A stretch of 64,000 nt of DNA from an uncultured Spirochaetota bacterium. Lineage in GTDB: Bacteria; Spirochaetota; Spirochaetia; SZUA-6; Fen-1364. Below the pieces are notes generated by a model. The model did not search any database and was not told the DNA's origin. It saw only the letters and a program-made list of their open reading frames with translations. Each line of letters starts with the position of its first letter. Positions within the stretch are counted from its first letter, which is position 1. Below are positions 20,424 through 28,768 of this stretch, piece after piece. Location of the stretch: the NCBI GenBank assembly GCA_963820435.1, contig CAWGAC010000020.1, positions 23,523 through 87,522 of the forward strand. Direction: 5' to 3'. Both the position numbers and the translations under genes were made by a program.

Positions 20424-20722
20424 TGAGAGATGGCCTCGCATGCTTCGCTTGCCCTCGCTCGCGATCATCTCGATTTTCAGGCAAATGGTCCTAATTCTGG
20501 TCCTACGCAAGGAGCACAGCGTGAAAAGCTAAGGCCGCCAACGAACATATGAATCAGCTGCGCCCCTCGGTCATGGGGGGGCACAAGTTCAGACACGCTG
20601 ATCATTTCTTCGCCCTACCCTTATAGCAGAGCACCCCATCGCGTTCATGCGAATAGCGGCACTTCGCAAACCCGGCCCGTCTTCACGATTGCGTGGCAAC
20701 ATAGGTTTATCACGCGATTGTC
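20424..20722. repeat. ~300-bp repeat family, copy 1 (no adjacent tRNA fragment)
   Basis: About 85-90% identical to 24885..25195 by direct alignment. Shared blocks: cctcgca.gcttcgcttgccctcgctcgcg, ggccgccaacgaaca.atgaatcagctgcgcccctcggtcatg.gggggcacaagttcagacacgctgatcatttcttcgccctacccttatagca and gaatagcggcacttcgcaaaccc. Confidence 0.85.
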
Positions 20723-20830
20723 AAAAGGTTTCTCTTTCAAATAATCGGCCCCAAAGGGCGCAAATTGACGCGGTGACAAGAAGCCCGGCAACAGGAGCCC
20801 GGTCCCTAGCCCACGCGGGGTAAAATCGGT

Positions 20831-23800
20831 CTATTCTGTTGTGCCGCCCGCCGCGAGCTGACCCCAGTAGTTGTTCCCCCAGGTCCAGACCGTGCCGTCG
20901 CTCTTGAGCGCAAGTGTGTGGTAAAGCCCGATCGCGATCGCCGCTACCCCTGAGAGACCCTGCGCCTGCGCCGGTAGGAAACGGTTCGTGGCGGTGCCGT
21001 CGCCGAGCTCGCCCTGCCGGTTGTCGCCCCAGCCCCAGACCGTGCCATCATTCTTGAGCACAATTGTGCGGTTGGCGCCTGCCGCGACCGCTACTACCCC
21101 GGAGAGACCCTGTACCTGCGCCGGCACGGAGCGAGCGGCGCTGCTGAGGCCAAGCTGACCTTCGCGGATCCACCCCCAGGTCCAGACCGTGCCGTCGCTC
21201 TTCAGCGCAACCGTGTGCTCGTATCCAGCCGCGACCGCGACTACCCCGGAAAGACCCTGCACCTGCACTGGAACGGAGCGGTCCGCCGTGGTGCCGTCGC
21301 CAAGCTGGCCTAACCGATTCTCCCCCCAGGCCCAGACCGTGCCGTCGCTCTTCAGCGCAACTGTGTGGGAAAAACCTGCCGCGACCGCGACTACCCCGGG
21401 GAGACCCTGGACCTGCACTGGCACGGAGCGGTCCGCCGTGGTGCCGTCGCCAAGCTGGCCTAACCGATTCTCCCCCCAGGCCCAGACCGTGCCGTCGCTC
21501 TTCAGCGCAACTGTGTGGGAAAAACCTGCCGCGACCGCGACTGCCCCGGGGAGACCCTGCACCTCCACCGGCACGGAGCGGTTCCTCGTGCCGCCGTCAC
21601 CGAGCTGGCCGTCACGGTTCCACCCCCAGGTCCAGACCGTTCCGTCGATCTTGAGCGCAACCGTGTGATGGCCCCCTGCCACAATCGCCTTTATCCCGGA
21701 AAGACCAGGGACGAGGAATGGAAAGGATTGCTGTGTCCAGTTGGCGGCCCCAACTTCCCCGGAACTGTTCAGACCCCAGCAAAAGACCGTGCCGCCAGTC
21801 TGCAATACTGCGGAATGGAGGTCACCGGCTGCGATCATGGCTATTCCGGAAAGATCCGGCACCCGGGCCGGCTTGGATCTGACCGAGGTGGTTTCATAGC
21901 CCAACTGGCCCTTGTCATTGCCACCCCAGGTCCAGACCGTGCCGTCATTTTTCAGCGCAACGGTGTGGGAAAACCCAGCCGCGATCGCGAGCACTCCTGA
22001 GAGACGGCTAAGGCCTCCGTCACCAACCTGGCCATATTCGTTATTCCCCCAGGCCACGACTGTTCCATCGTTCCTCAGCGCAACGGTGTGAGAGTATCCC
22101 GCCGCGACTGCTATCACCCTCAAGAGACCCCACACCTGTACCGGCACGGAACGGTTCGCAGTGCTTCCGTCACCAAGCTGGCCCCAGTCATTCTCCCCCC
22201 AGGCCCAGACCGTGCCGTCGCTTTTGAGCGCAAGCGTGTGAACGGCGCCTGCCGCGACCCCTGCCACGCGAGAGAGATCTTTGACCTGCACCGGTTTTGA
22301 ACTGTCCCTTATGGTACCGTCACCAAGTTCGCCATATAAGTTTCGACCCCAGGCCCAGACCGTGCCGTCATTCCTCAGCGCAACGGTGTGGAAAAGCCCA
22401 GCCGCGATCGCGGCTACCCCGTAGAGACCCTGCACCTCCGCCGGCGCGTAGCGATTCGCGGTGCTTCCGTCACCAAGCTGGCCATGATCGTTCTCCCCCC
22501 AGGCCCAGACCGTCCCGTCGTTCTTGAGAGCAAGGGTGCAATAGTCCCCCGCCGCAATCGCCGTTACCCCCGAGAGATTCGTGACCTGAACCGGCTTGAA
22601 GTGCGCCTGGGTGGTGCCGTCACCTGGCAGGCGCAGGAGATCCAAACCCCAGGACCAGACTGTCCCGTCGCTCTTGAGCGCAACCGTGTGGGCTCCTTCG
22701 GCGGCAATCGCCGTAACCCCTGTGAGCCCGGGAACTTGCGTTGGTGTTGGGCGGTTCGTCGAGTTGCCGTCACCTATCTGACCAGACGTGTTGTCCCCCC
22801 ATGCCCACACCGTGCCGTCATTCTTCAATACTACGGTATGCCAAGAGCCCGCCGCGACCGCCGCCACTCCTGAGAGACCTGTGACCTGGTGCGGTCTGTG
22901 GTGTTCAACCGATTCCGTCGCCGCGAAGCCGGCGTTGATTCCAACCCCAAAACGATGAGGCGGCCGATCGAGCACGAGCTCAATGTCCTCGCTCATGGCA
23001 GATCGATCCATCCGAGCCTCAAGACGCGTCAGGTATATCCCGGCGCCTTCCGGGAAGGGGTTTTTCATCAGCCTGCCAGCGACCTTATGAGAGTCGGGTT
23101 CCTGGTAAGGCCCCTTCCACAGAACGGCCAATCCCCGACCGTCGCTCCCCGCGGTCTCCCGAATGCAGCCTTCCACGTATTTTTCGACATCCACCGATCC
23201 GGGCACTACTCTCTTGAACTCTATAGGCGTTGTCTCACGATTCAACGAAGAGACCGTGCTCTCGGCGATCACATACAGAGTGATCCTCGCAGCATTGACA
23301 GTGCTAACCGAAGAGATACGCAGCGGGAAAATGAGGCGGTCATGGCGGTATCTGATCGTGAACGGCGGGAGAAGCTCATTCTCGTAGTATCGCTTCTCGC
23401 TTGGCTTCAGTTTGACCGCGACAAAGTTCCAATCCCCGTGGATATAGCCATCGAGGACCTCCTGAGCCGCAGGATTGATTTGATAGCCGTTTTCCTTCAT
23501 CCAGCTCAGAAGAGCCAATGCGTCCGTCGCTCCGAGAATGCTCACCTCGTAATGTTTTAGGGTCACGCTATCGTGGGGTCTGACCCCGCCAGAACTCACC
23601 TTTGTTTCAGCGGCACCTTTGTTGTGAACCAGGATGCCCGCCTTGTGAACCGCGTAATTGTGATGGCCTTCGACTTCAAGATTGAACACCTCGACCCTCT
23701 CCTGCCGACTCGAAAGGCCTGTGACGATAAGCCCCTTGCCGCTTATCTCCTTCAGCACGTCACCTTCTCTTAGGTCGCGGGCTTCCACCCATCGCCCAAG

Positions 23801-24451
23801 CACCCCCATCCTTTGTTCTTCTTTCGGGACGTCTCGCGGGGCGGGACGGCTATCGAGTCGGTCTCCGCGGAGGACACAGAAGGGGTGGTTCACGGTGGCA
23901 CGGATCGAGATTTGACCCACCCGGAGGGTGATCATGTCACCCTCGTACTGGATCGACAGGCGCCTGAGGACCCTCGCGAGGGTCCACTTTCCGGTCGCTA
24001 TGTCGCACCCTTGGACCCGTGTCCCAGCCCCGATGCTTTCGATGGCCCGAGGTCCGTCCGCCGTGAGCACCTCGGTTCCGACAGGGAAGCATCCGCCAGA
24101 AAAGGTGCGGACTACGGGCGTCGTGTGCTGATCGAGGAACTTGAACGCGGCTTCCCCGCTCTCGACAGCTTCTGTCACATCCTCGACGGCGGGAGGGACC
24201 GGTGTGGGAATGATCCAGCCGAAGTCTTCGCCCCCGCCGGTGTATCCCGTGGAGAAGGTCATGCTGATCTCGCTGCCATTCTTGATGATGATCGCCCGCT
24301 GGTCGGCGCTCACAGCCACTGACCGTGGGCTGAAGTACCCACCATCCCCCGAGGCCCGGGGGGTGGGAAGCAAGGCCAGACCAACGACCATCAATCCGAT
24401 CCATTTTCCATTTTTCACATTTCGTTTTCCTCGACGCAGAAGATTAATCAT
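20831..24451 (-). CDS. giant secreted protein: signal peptide + DUF2330-like domain interrupted by an intein-like Hint (BIL-type) domain + ~16 RCC1 beta-propeller repeats
   Basis: 1232-aa ORF 20831..24529 (the annotated start at 24529 is TTG; the first ATG is at 24451, followed by signal peptide MINLLRRGKRNVKNGKWIGLMVVGLALLPTPRASG). Contains a GGYF...FGWIIPTPVPP motif, Hint blocks A/B/F/G, and repeated GTVWAWGxNxxGQLGDG units. Intact, no frameshifts. Confidence 0.85.
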   Translation of the reverse strand: MINLLRRGKRNVKNGKWIGLMVVGLALLPTPRASGDGGYFSPRSVAVSADQRAIIIKNGSEISMTFSTGYTGGGEDFGWIIPTPVPPAVEDVTEAVESGEAAFKFLDQHTTPVVRTFSGGCFPVGTEVLTADGPRAIESIGAGTRVQGCDIATGKWTLARVLRRLSIQYEGDMITLRVGQISIRATVNHPFCVLRGDRLDSRPAPRDVPKEEQRMGVLGRWVEARDLREGDVLKEISGKGLIVTGLSSRQERVEVFNLEVEGHHNYAVHKAGILVHNKGAAETKVSSGGVRPHDSVTLKHYEVSILGATDALALLSWMKENGYQINPAAQEVLDGYIHGDWNFVAVKLKPSEKRYYENELLPPFTIRYRHDRLIFPLRISSVSTVNAARITLYVIAESTVSSLNRETTPIEFKRVVPGSVDVEKYVEGCIRETAGSDGRGLAVLWKGPYQEPDSHKVAGRLMKNPFPEGAGIYLTRLEARMDRSAMSEDIELVLDRPPHRFGVGINAGFAATESVEHHRPHQVTGLSGVAAVAAGSWHTVVLKNDGTVWAWGDNTSGQIGDGNSTNRPTPTQVPGLTGVTAIAAEGAHTVALKSDGTVWSWGLDLLRLPGDGTTQAHFKPVQVTNLSGVTAIAAGDYCTLALKNDGTVWAWGENDHGQLGDGSTANRYAPAEVQGLYGVAAIAAGLFHTVALRNDGTVWAWGRNLYGELGDGTIRDSSKPVQVKDLSRVAGVAAGAVHTLALKSDGTVWAWGENDWGQLGDGSTANRSVPVQVWGLLRVIAVAAGYSHTVALRNDGTVVAWGNNEYGQVGDGGLSRLSGVLAIAAGFSHTVALKNDGTVWTWGGNDKGQLGYETTSVRSKPARVPDLSGIAMIAAGDLHSAVLQTGGTVFCWGLNSSGEVGAANWTQQSFPFLVPGLSGIKAIVAGGHHTVALKIDGTVWTWGWNRDGQLGDGGTRNRSVPVEVQGLPGAVAVAAGFSHTVALKSDGTVWAWGENRLGQLGDGTTADRSVPVQVQGLPGVVAVAAGFSHTVALKSDGTVWAWGENRLGQLGDGTTADRSVPVQVQGLSGVVAVAAGYEHTVALKSDGTVWTWGWIREGQLGLSSAARSVPAQVQGLSGVVAVAAGANRTIVLKNDGTVWGWGDNRQGELGDGTATNRFLPAQAQGLSGVAAIAIGLYHTLALKSDGTVWTWGNNYWGQLAAGGTTE
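21180..21630. repeat. three near-identical 150-bp tandem DNA repeats (one RCC1 blade each) inside the giant gene
   Basis: cccagaccgtgccgtcgctcttcagcgcaac...taaccgattctccccccagg recurs at 21181, 21331 and 21481, period 150 bp. The protein shows ...SHTVALKSDGTVWAWGENRLGQLGDGTTADRSVPVQVQGL... three times. Confidence 0.9.
23621..24091 (-). other. Hint / intein-like (BIL-type) domain, aa 147-303 of the giant protein, inserted within the DUF2330-like domain
   Basis: Cys1 codon tgc at 24089-24091 (CFPVGTEVLTADG = block A). TVNHPF = block B (TxxH). VEVFNLEVEGHHNYAV = block F. GILVHN = block G. The +1 codon is AAA (Lys), checked in the DNA. Confidence 0.75.
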
Positions 24452-24776
24452 ATCACAGATCGCCAATCCGAAGGCGCAGGAACTCGCCCACGGTAGGTGC
24501 CGCGCCGCTAAGCCCGCCGAGGAGGACAAGGATCACAACGGGCGAGCCCCCGGAATATTTACGGCACCGTCGTGACCGGGAACGATAGGGATTAGGAGGT
24601 GGGTGTCAGGCTGGGTTGACCCGATTACTTTGCGTCGACAGCAACTGCAATGAATTGGCGAAATCCATGTTTAGGATTCGCAAGGTAGAGGCTATCCTGA
24701 CCGGGGCGGGGTGTAAGTCTTTGCTGCAGCCCGCGCTCTATGCGCCCCGGCCTGTCCCCTCAAATGAGGGCTTGTG

Positions 24777-24825
24777 TATTGAGCCGCCCCGGACTCGAAC
24801 CGGGGACCCACAGCTTAGAAGGCGC
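24777..24825 (-). repeat. tRNA-Lys 3'-half direct repeat, copy 2 (att-like; acceptor 3' strand through anticodon loop)
   Basis: attgagccgccccggactcgaaccggggacccacagcttagaaggc matches 28766..28812 of the intact tRNA-Lys with 1 mismatch. Confidence 0.85.
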
Positions 24826-25195
24826 TCTGAAGCATTTTCTCAGCGTCGCTCGTGTTCGTCCACCCTCGCTCATGTTCATGTATCGAAAGGAGATAGCCTC
24901 GCAGGCTTCGCTTGCCCTCGCTCGCGCTCGGCTCGCTTTTTCAGGCAATTGGTCCTAAATATGGTCCCACGCAAGGAGCCACAGGGAGAAAAGCTGAGGG
25001 CCGCCAACGAACACATGAATCAGCTGCGCCCCTCGGTCATGAGGGGGCACAAGTTCAGACACGCTGATCATTTCTTCGCCCTACCCTTATAGCAAAGCGA
25101 GCACCCCATCGCGTTCCTGCGAATAGCGGCACTTCGCAAACCCGCCTCATTTTCACGATTCGCGTGGCAATGCGAGTTTATCACGCGTATGAGTC
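24826..25195. repeat. ~300-380 bp repeat family, copy 2 (fused to tRNA-Lys fragment copy 2)
   Basis: Aligns with copy 1 (20424..20722). Its 5' 150 bp also aligns with copy 3 (27652..27805). Contains the GC hairpin gcccctc-ggtcat-gagggggc. Confidence 0.85.
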
Positions 25196-25573
25196 AAGGG
25201 GAGGAGGGAGTTTCTGACCCAGAAAGGCCGTTGGCATGAGCAGTCGCGCTGCAAGGAGTTGGTCAATATCGGAAATGGCCATTGTGACCTACAGTGTGAG
25301 CAGTTCTCTGAGGCCGCGCATGAGTGAGCGCTGCCAAGAGCGCTTTGCCGTCTTTCCCGCGGACGATGCACAGCAGGCGGGTGGTCTATTACTACATGAC
25401 TCGCGATGAGGATGGCACAGGGGGTTCGTGTGAAGCCGGTGAAGTATCACCGGGAAGAAGAGAACGGGAAAGGTCGCCCTCAACCCTTCCCGTTCGTCTT
25501 CCCACATTCTCTATGTCACTTTTCAAGGAGGCCTATCAAGCCCCTTTGCGATCGAGTCGCGCATTCAAGGCTC

Positions 25574-27037
25574 TTAGAACCTCTTTACGCGGAACACTCC
25601 GTCCGTGATGGAGTGCGGCGCAAGCGTGCCCTTCTCAAGGACGATGGCGGAGAAAGTACCTTCGATGAAGCCTCCGACTCCTCCCGCCGTTGTCAGGACC
25701 ACAGTGGCGCTGCCGAAGTTCCCGCTCTTGTCGTAGACGGAGTAGCTGAAATCCGGCGACGCGTATTTGACGTCGTGAATCTCGTGGACCCCGTCCGAGA
25801 AGGTGTATGTCCCGGCAGGCGGAGGCTGAGTGCCCGGTTCGCCTATCAGGGTAATCTCTAACTGGGTGGCGTTATCGCTCATGAGTTCCCTGGGCAGCCC
25901 TACTTGAAGTGCAATGATGTGCGTTCTATCGTACACGTGGCCGTCGTGCTCCCAACCAGTCTCCGGGCCTGCCAGCGGAACATTTCCGAACTCCAAAATG
26001 CCTTCTGTGAACTTGACCGGGGTGCCGTCGAACTTGAACGAAGCGAAGTACTCCGACTCCTTTCCTATCTGAAAGCTTGCCGTAGCGCTGCCGGCGCGCA
26101 TCCCGTCCGCCGTGAAGGCCGTCACGTCCAGCCGATAGTACCCCGTATTGAGATCGCTCCCAAAAGTATAGCTCGGCCCTGTTGCCTGGCACACGCCGTT
26201 CAGGTACCACACGTAGAGCACATTCGCCGTTCCATCGCTCACCGACGCAGTTGCCGTCACACTCGTCCCTACTGCAACCGTGGAGGGCACCCCGCTGATG
26301 CTCACCGGTATGGGATTCGCCAGCGCCGGGGTGATGTTCACCACAAGCGTGCCCCTGTTGACATGTGAGAAGTCATAGGCGCCCGATGTGATCTGCCCTG
26401 AGACGATCCGCACCACCTCCACCGCGCCCATGACAGGGAAGTTGTTCTCCATCAATTGCAGCGTCAGGGTGTAGTAGCCCGCCGCTATCGTGGAGCTGGA
26501 ATAGCTGGCCTGGTTGCCCGAGACCGCAAAGTCCAGGCTTGGAGCCGAACCGCTGGGGGCAGCGGATAGGCCTGAGAGAGGCCTGGATCGAGGGGTTCTG
26601 CAGGGAGGCCGTCCAGGTCACCGATAGATTCAAGTCCCCTGTTCCGCCCAGGGGTGTGACGGTGATGGCCAAGGTGGTGTTCTGCCCCGGGCTGACGGTG
26701 GCGATAGCCTGCCCCTGGCCGATGACGGTGCCGTCTGGTGTTCAGCGCATTCACCGTGACGGTCCAGGTCCCGAAGGGCAGTTCCTCCACGGTCACCGGA
26801 TCTCCGCTGGTCGACCGGGAGAATGTCGCACCGTTGGGGCCGTCGCCGATGACGGTGTAGCTTGCCGCATCCATGCTGATGGGTGGCAGCAGGGTCCTGG
26901 CGTTGATGTTGTTCTTGATCGATACGGTCAGCGATGCGCTCTTGACCGACGCCACTGGGTTGGGGCAGCCGGCCAGCAGCACGACAAGCGACGCTGCAAC
27001 GCAGACGGCTAATAGTGAGAGACGTCCTGGTTTTCAT
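25574..27037 (-). CDS. large surface lipoprotein with Ig-like/beta-sandwich repeats, frameshifted (>=3 frames)
   Basis: The N-terminus decodes as MKTRTSL|SLLAVCVAASLVVLLAGCPNP only after a frameshift within the first 10 codons. ORFs 26485..26982, 26373..26672 and 25574..26455 tile one protein rich in T/S/V/G beta-strand repeats. Confidence 0.6.
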
Positions 27038-27607
27038 AATTCCTCCTCACTGCTACGGAGGACGGAGCGACGTTCAAGATTGGCCGATCCGCCATTGAGC
27101 AGCAACTTCTCCAATCGTCCTGAGATGGCTCAGAAAAGGATCCGACACATGCCAAGGGCTCACGGTCCTCTTGTTGTCGAATGAATGTATTGGCCAGTTT
27201 AAGATCCGACACACGTCATAGAATTGTGAATCAATCCAAGAGCACCTGACTTGAGTAGCCTGTTCATAGTCTGTTTTCCTTCAACTTTCCGTTCAACCTT
27301 TCGCCTGTAGCTCGATGACTCTCGCTTGGATCATGCAAAGGGGATGCCAAGAAGAGCGGGCAGTGCTTATTCCTTTTAATGAAATGACTTATTGCTCTTT
27401 GCGGGCACGAGATAACATCTCCACCCCTGCAACGTACGTTGCTCTTCTCAACCTGGGTTGCAGGGGGAGAGAGAATAGACAATAAAGTATTTTGTCGAAT
27501 CCAGTTGAGTCAGAGCCGTCCAGATGCCGTTCTTCCAGCAGCCGGGTATCGCGGATAGACCTGACTGTCAATGCTTATTAATTTCTTACATTACAATAAA
27601 TTATATA

Positions 27608-27648
27608 TGATCCGCCCCGGACTCGAACCGGGGACCCACAGCTTAAAA
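27608..27648 (-). repeat. tRNA-Lys 3'-half direct repeat, copy 3 (att-like)
   Basis: tgatccgccccggactcgaaccggggacccacagcttaaaa has 38/38 identity to the tRNA-Lys 3' portion, apart from 1 mismatch in the acceptor strand. Confidence 0.85.
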
Positions 27649-27651
27649 ATC

Positions 27652-27805
27652 GTTTCGAGCCATTTTCTCCCCTTCGCTCACCTTCGCCTACCCTGGGCTA
27701 TGTTCACGCGCTGAAAAGAGATAGCCTCGCAGGCTTCGCTTGCTCTCGCTTGCGCTCGGCTCGCTTTTCAGGGCAATTGGTCCTAAATGTGGTCCTACGA
27801 GAGAG
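27652..27805. repeat. repeat family copy 3 (5' portion only; diverges after ~150 bp)
   Basis: gagccattttctcc...aaagagatagcctcgcaggcttcgcttgctctcgcttgcgctcggctcgcttttcagggcaattggtcctaaatgtggtcctacg aligns with 24826..24975. Confidence 0.8.
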
Positions 27806-28078
27806 GCCGAAATCTAAGGTCCGTGTGCTATAGGTATTCTGGTATTGACATGTGACTTGGCGAGCATACACTGAAGCTAAAATGTGCTGACACGCCTTGG
27901 CGAAGTCTCTCGTGAAGTGAGGTGACTTCGGTGTCGGACTCTCGATCTTGTATTGCCCAACCCTTAAAGCATCGACACCACGTCCTTCCGAAAGATCGCG
28001 GCCCACCTCCTAATCTCGATGGAGTGCGAATGCACCGGGACTTCAAGCACTGTCAAGCAGATTATGTAGGAGAGAAAA

Positions 28079-28521
28079 ATGAGAAAGAATTCTAAGTTTC
28101 TTTTCAAAATTCTTCCATTAGCGTTTATGTAGCGTTTATGAGCGCCCTGACTGTTCTCTCTCTCGCCGGATGCCCACCCCCCCACGAGACTCCCGAATTC
28201 GTCGGTACGTGGTTTGGACAGTTCCCGCAAACTGGGACGGCCACCGTTACGTTTACTGAGACAACGTGTACAATATTTACTACCGGCAATTTCCCTGATA
28301 CTGAGACCGACACTGGAACGATTACATTCGACACATCTCTGAAGCACATCCAATGCGTAGTCGCAACAGTCACACGTACGGGCGGCGGAACGTCGACGAC
28401 AGCGCCGGGAGATACATTCTACATGTTGTACTCTCTCAGCGGCACTACTCTAACGATGGCGTCGAGCAAAACAGGGTACCCCGTTGACCTCAGCGGCGGG
28501 ATGGCGATGACCAAGCAGTAG
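28079..28521 (+). pseudogene. low-GC lipoprotein gene whose N-terminus is disrupted by an 11-bp tandem duplication (tagcgtttatg x2 at 28119..28140)
   Basis: MRKNSKFLFKILPLAFM-stop. After the duplicated unit, ORF 28138..28521 continues MSALTVLSLAGCPPP (lipobox). Removing one unit restores MRKNSKFLFKILPLAFMSALTVLSLAGC. GC is much lower than the genome average. Confidence 0.6.
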
Positions 28522-28768
28522 GGACGGCGACAGCCACAGGAGACGGACTCGCCTTTCTGAGCCGGGTTGCGACCAGGAGGAGAATAAGGAGTTGCCGAGG
28601 TAAGGCAGCGTACGGCTTGCGGCCCTTCCAGGTTCCGGGCCGGAACTGGGCAGGGGATAATCAACTACTGCGCCCACACCGGCGGGCCGTGCTCCTGTCT
28701 CTTGTAAAAAGAGGAAGCGGTGGCCCGGAACCCCCGCACCGCTTCCAAATGCTCCAAATAACTTAAAT

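Larger units (their letters stand above)
20424..24779 (-). mobile_element. putative degenerate integrative islet C (bounded by repeat copy 1 and tRNA-Lys fragment copy 2); no integrase
   Basis: Carries only the giant secreted DUF2330-Hint-RCC1 gene. Boundaries are inferred from the repeat and att-like architecture. Confidence 0.3.
24780..27607 (-). mobile_element. putative degenerate integrative islet B (between tRNA-Lys fragment copies 2 and 3); no integrase
   Basis: Bounded by direct repeats of the tRNA-Lys 3' half. The cargo is a large Ig-like lipoprotein gene plus low-GC non-coding DNA at 27040..27600. Confidence 0.35.
27608..28768 (-). mobile_element. putative degenerate islet A immediately 3' of the tRNA-Lys gene; no integrase
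   Basis: Lies between the intact tRNA-Lys 3' end (28769) and fragment copy 3. Low-GC cargo. Confidence 0.35.

Noticed and set aside
21189-22873. Plus-strand ORFs of 159-223 aa (21189..21668, 21515..22000, 22388..22873, 22889..23560) opposite the giant gene
   Set aside because: These are antisense artefacts of high GC and codon periodicity in the RCC1 repeats. Their sequences are repetitive and low-complexity (P/S/T/A-rich) and they have no start or RBS context.
20850-22900. Regular ~150-bp periodic repeats that could be mistaken for a CRISPR or other tandem-repeat array
   Set aside because: The periodicity is a protein-level RCC1 blade repeat within a single intact ORF. The spacers are not unique, and there are no cas genes.
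24616-25092. 158-aa plus-strand ORF spanning tRNA-Lys fragment copy 2 and the repeat body
   Set aside because: It runs through an att-like tRNA fragment. It is not conserved in repeat copy 1, where the frame is interrupted. There is no domain similarity, so it is treated as spurious.
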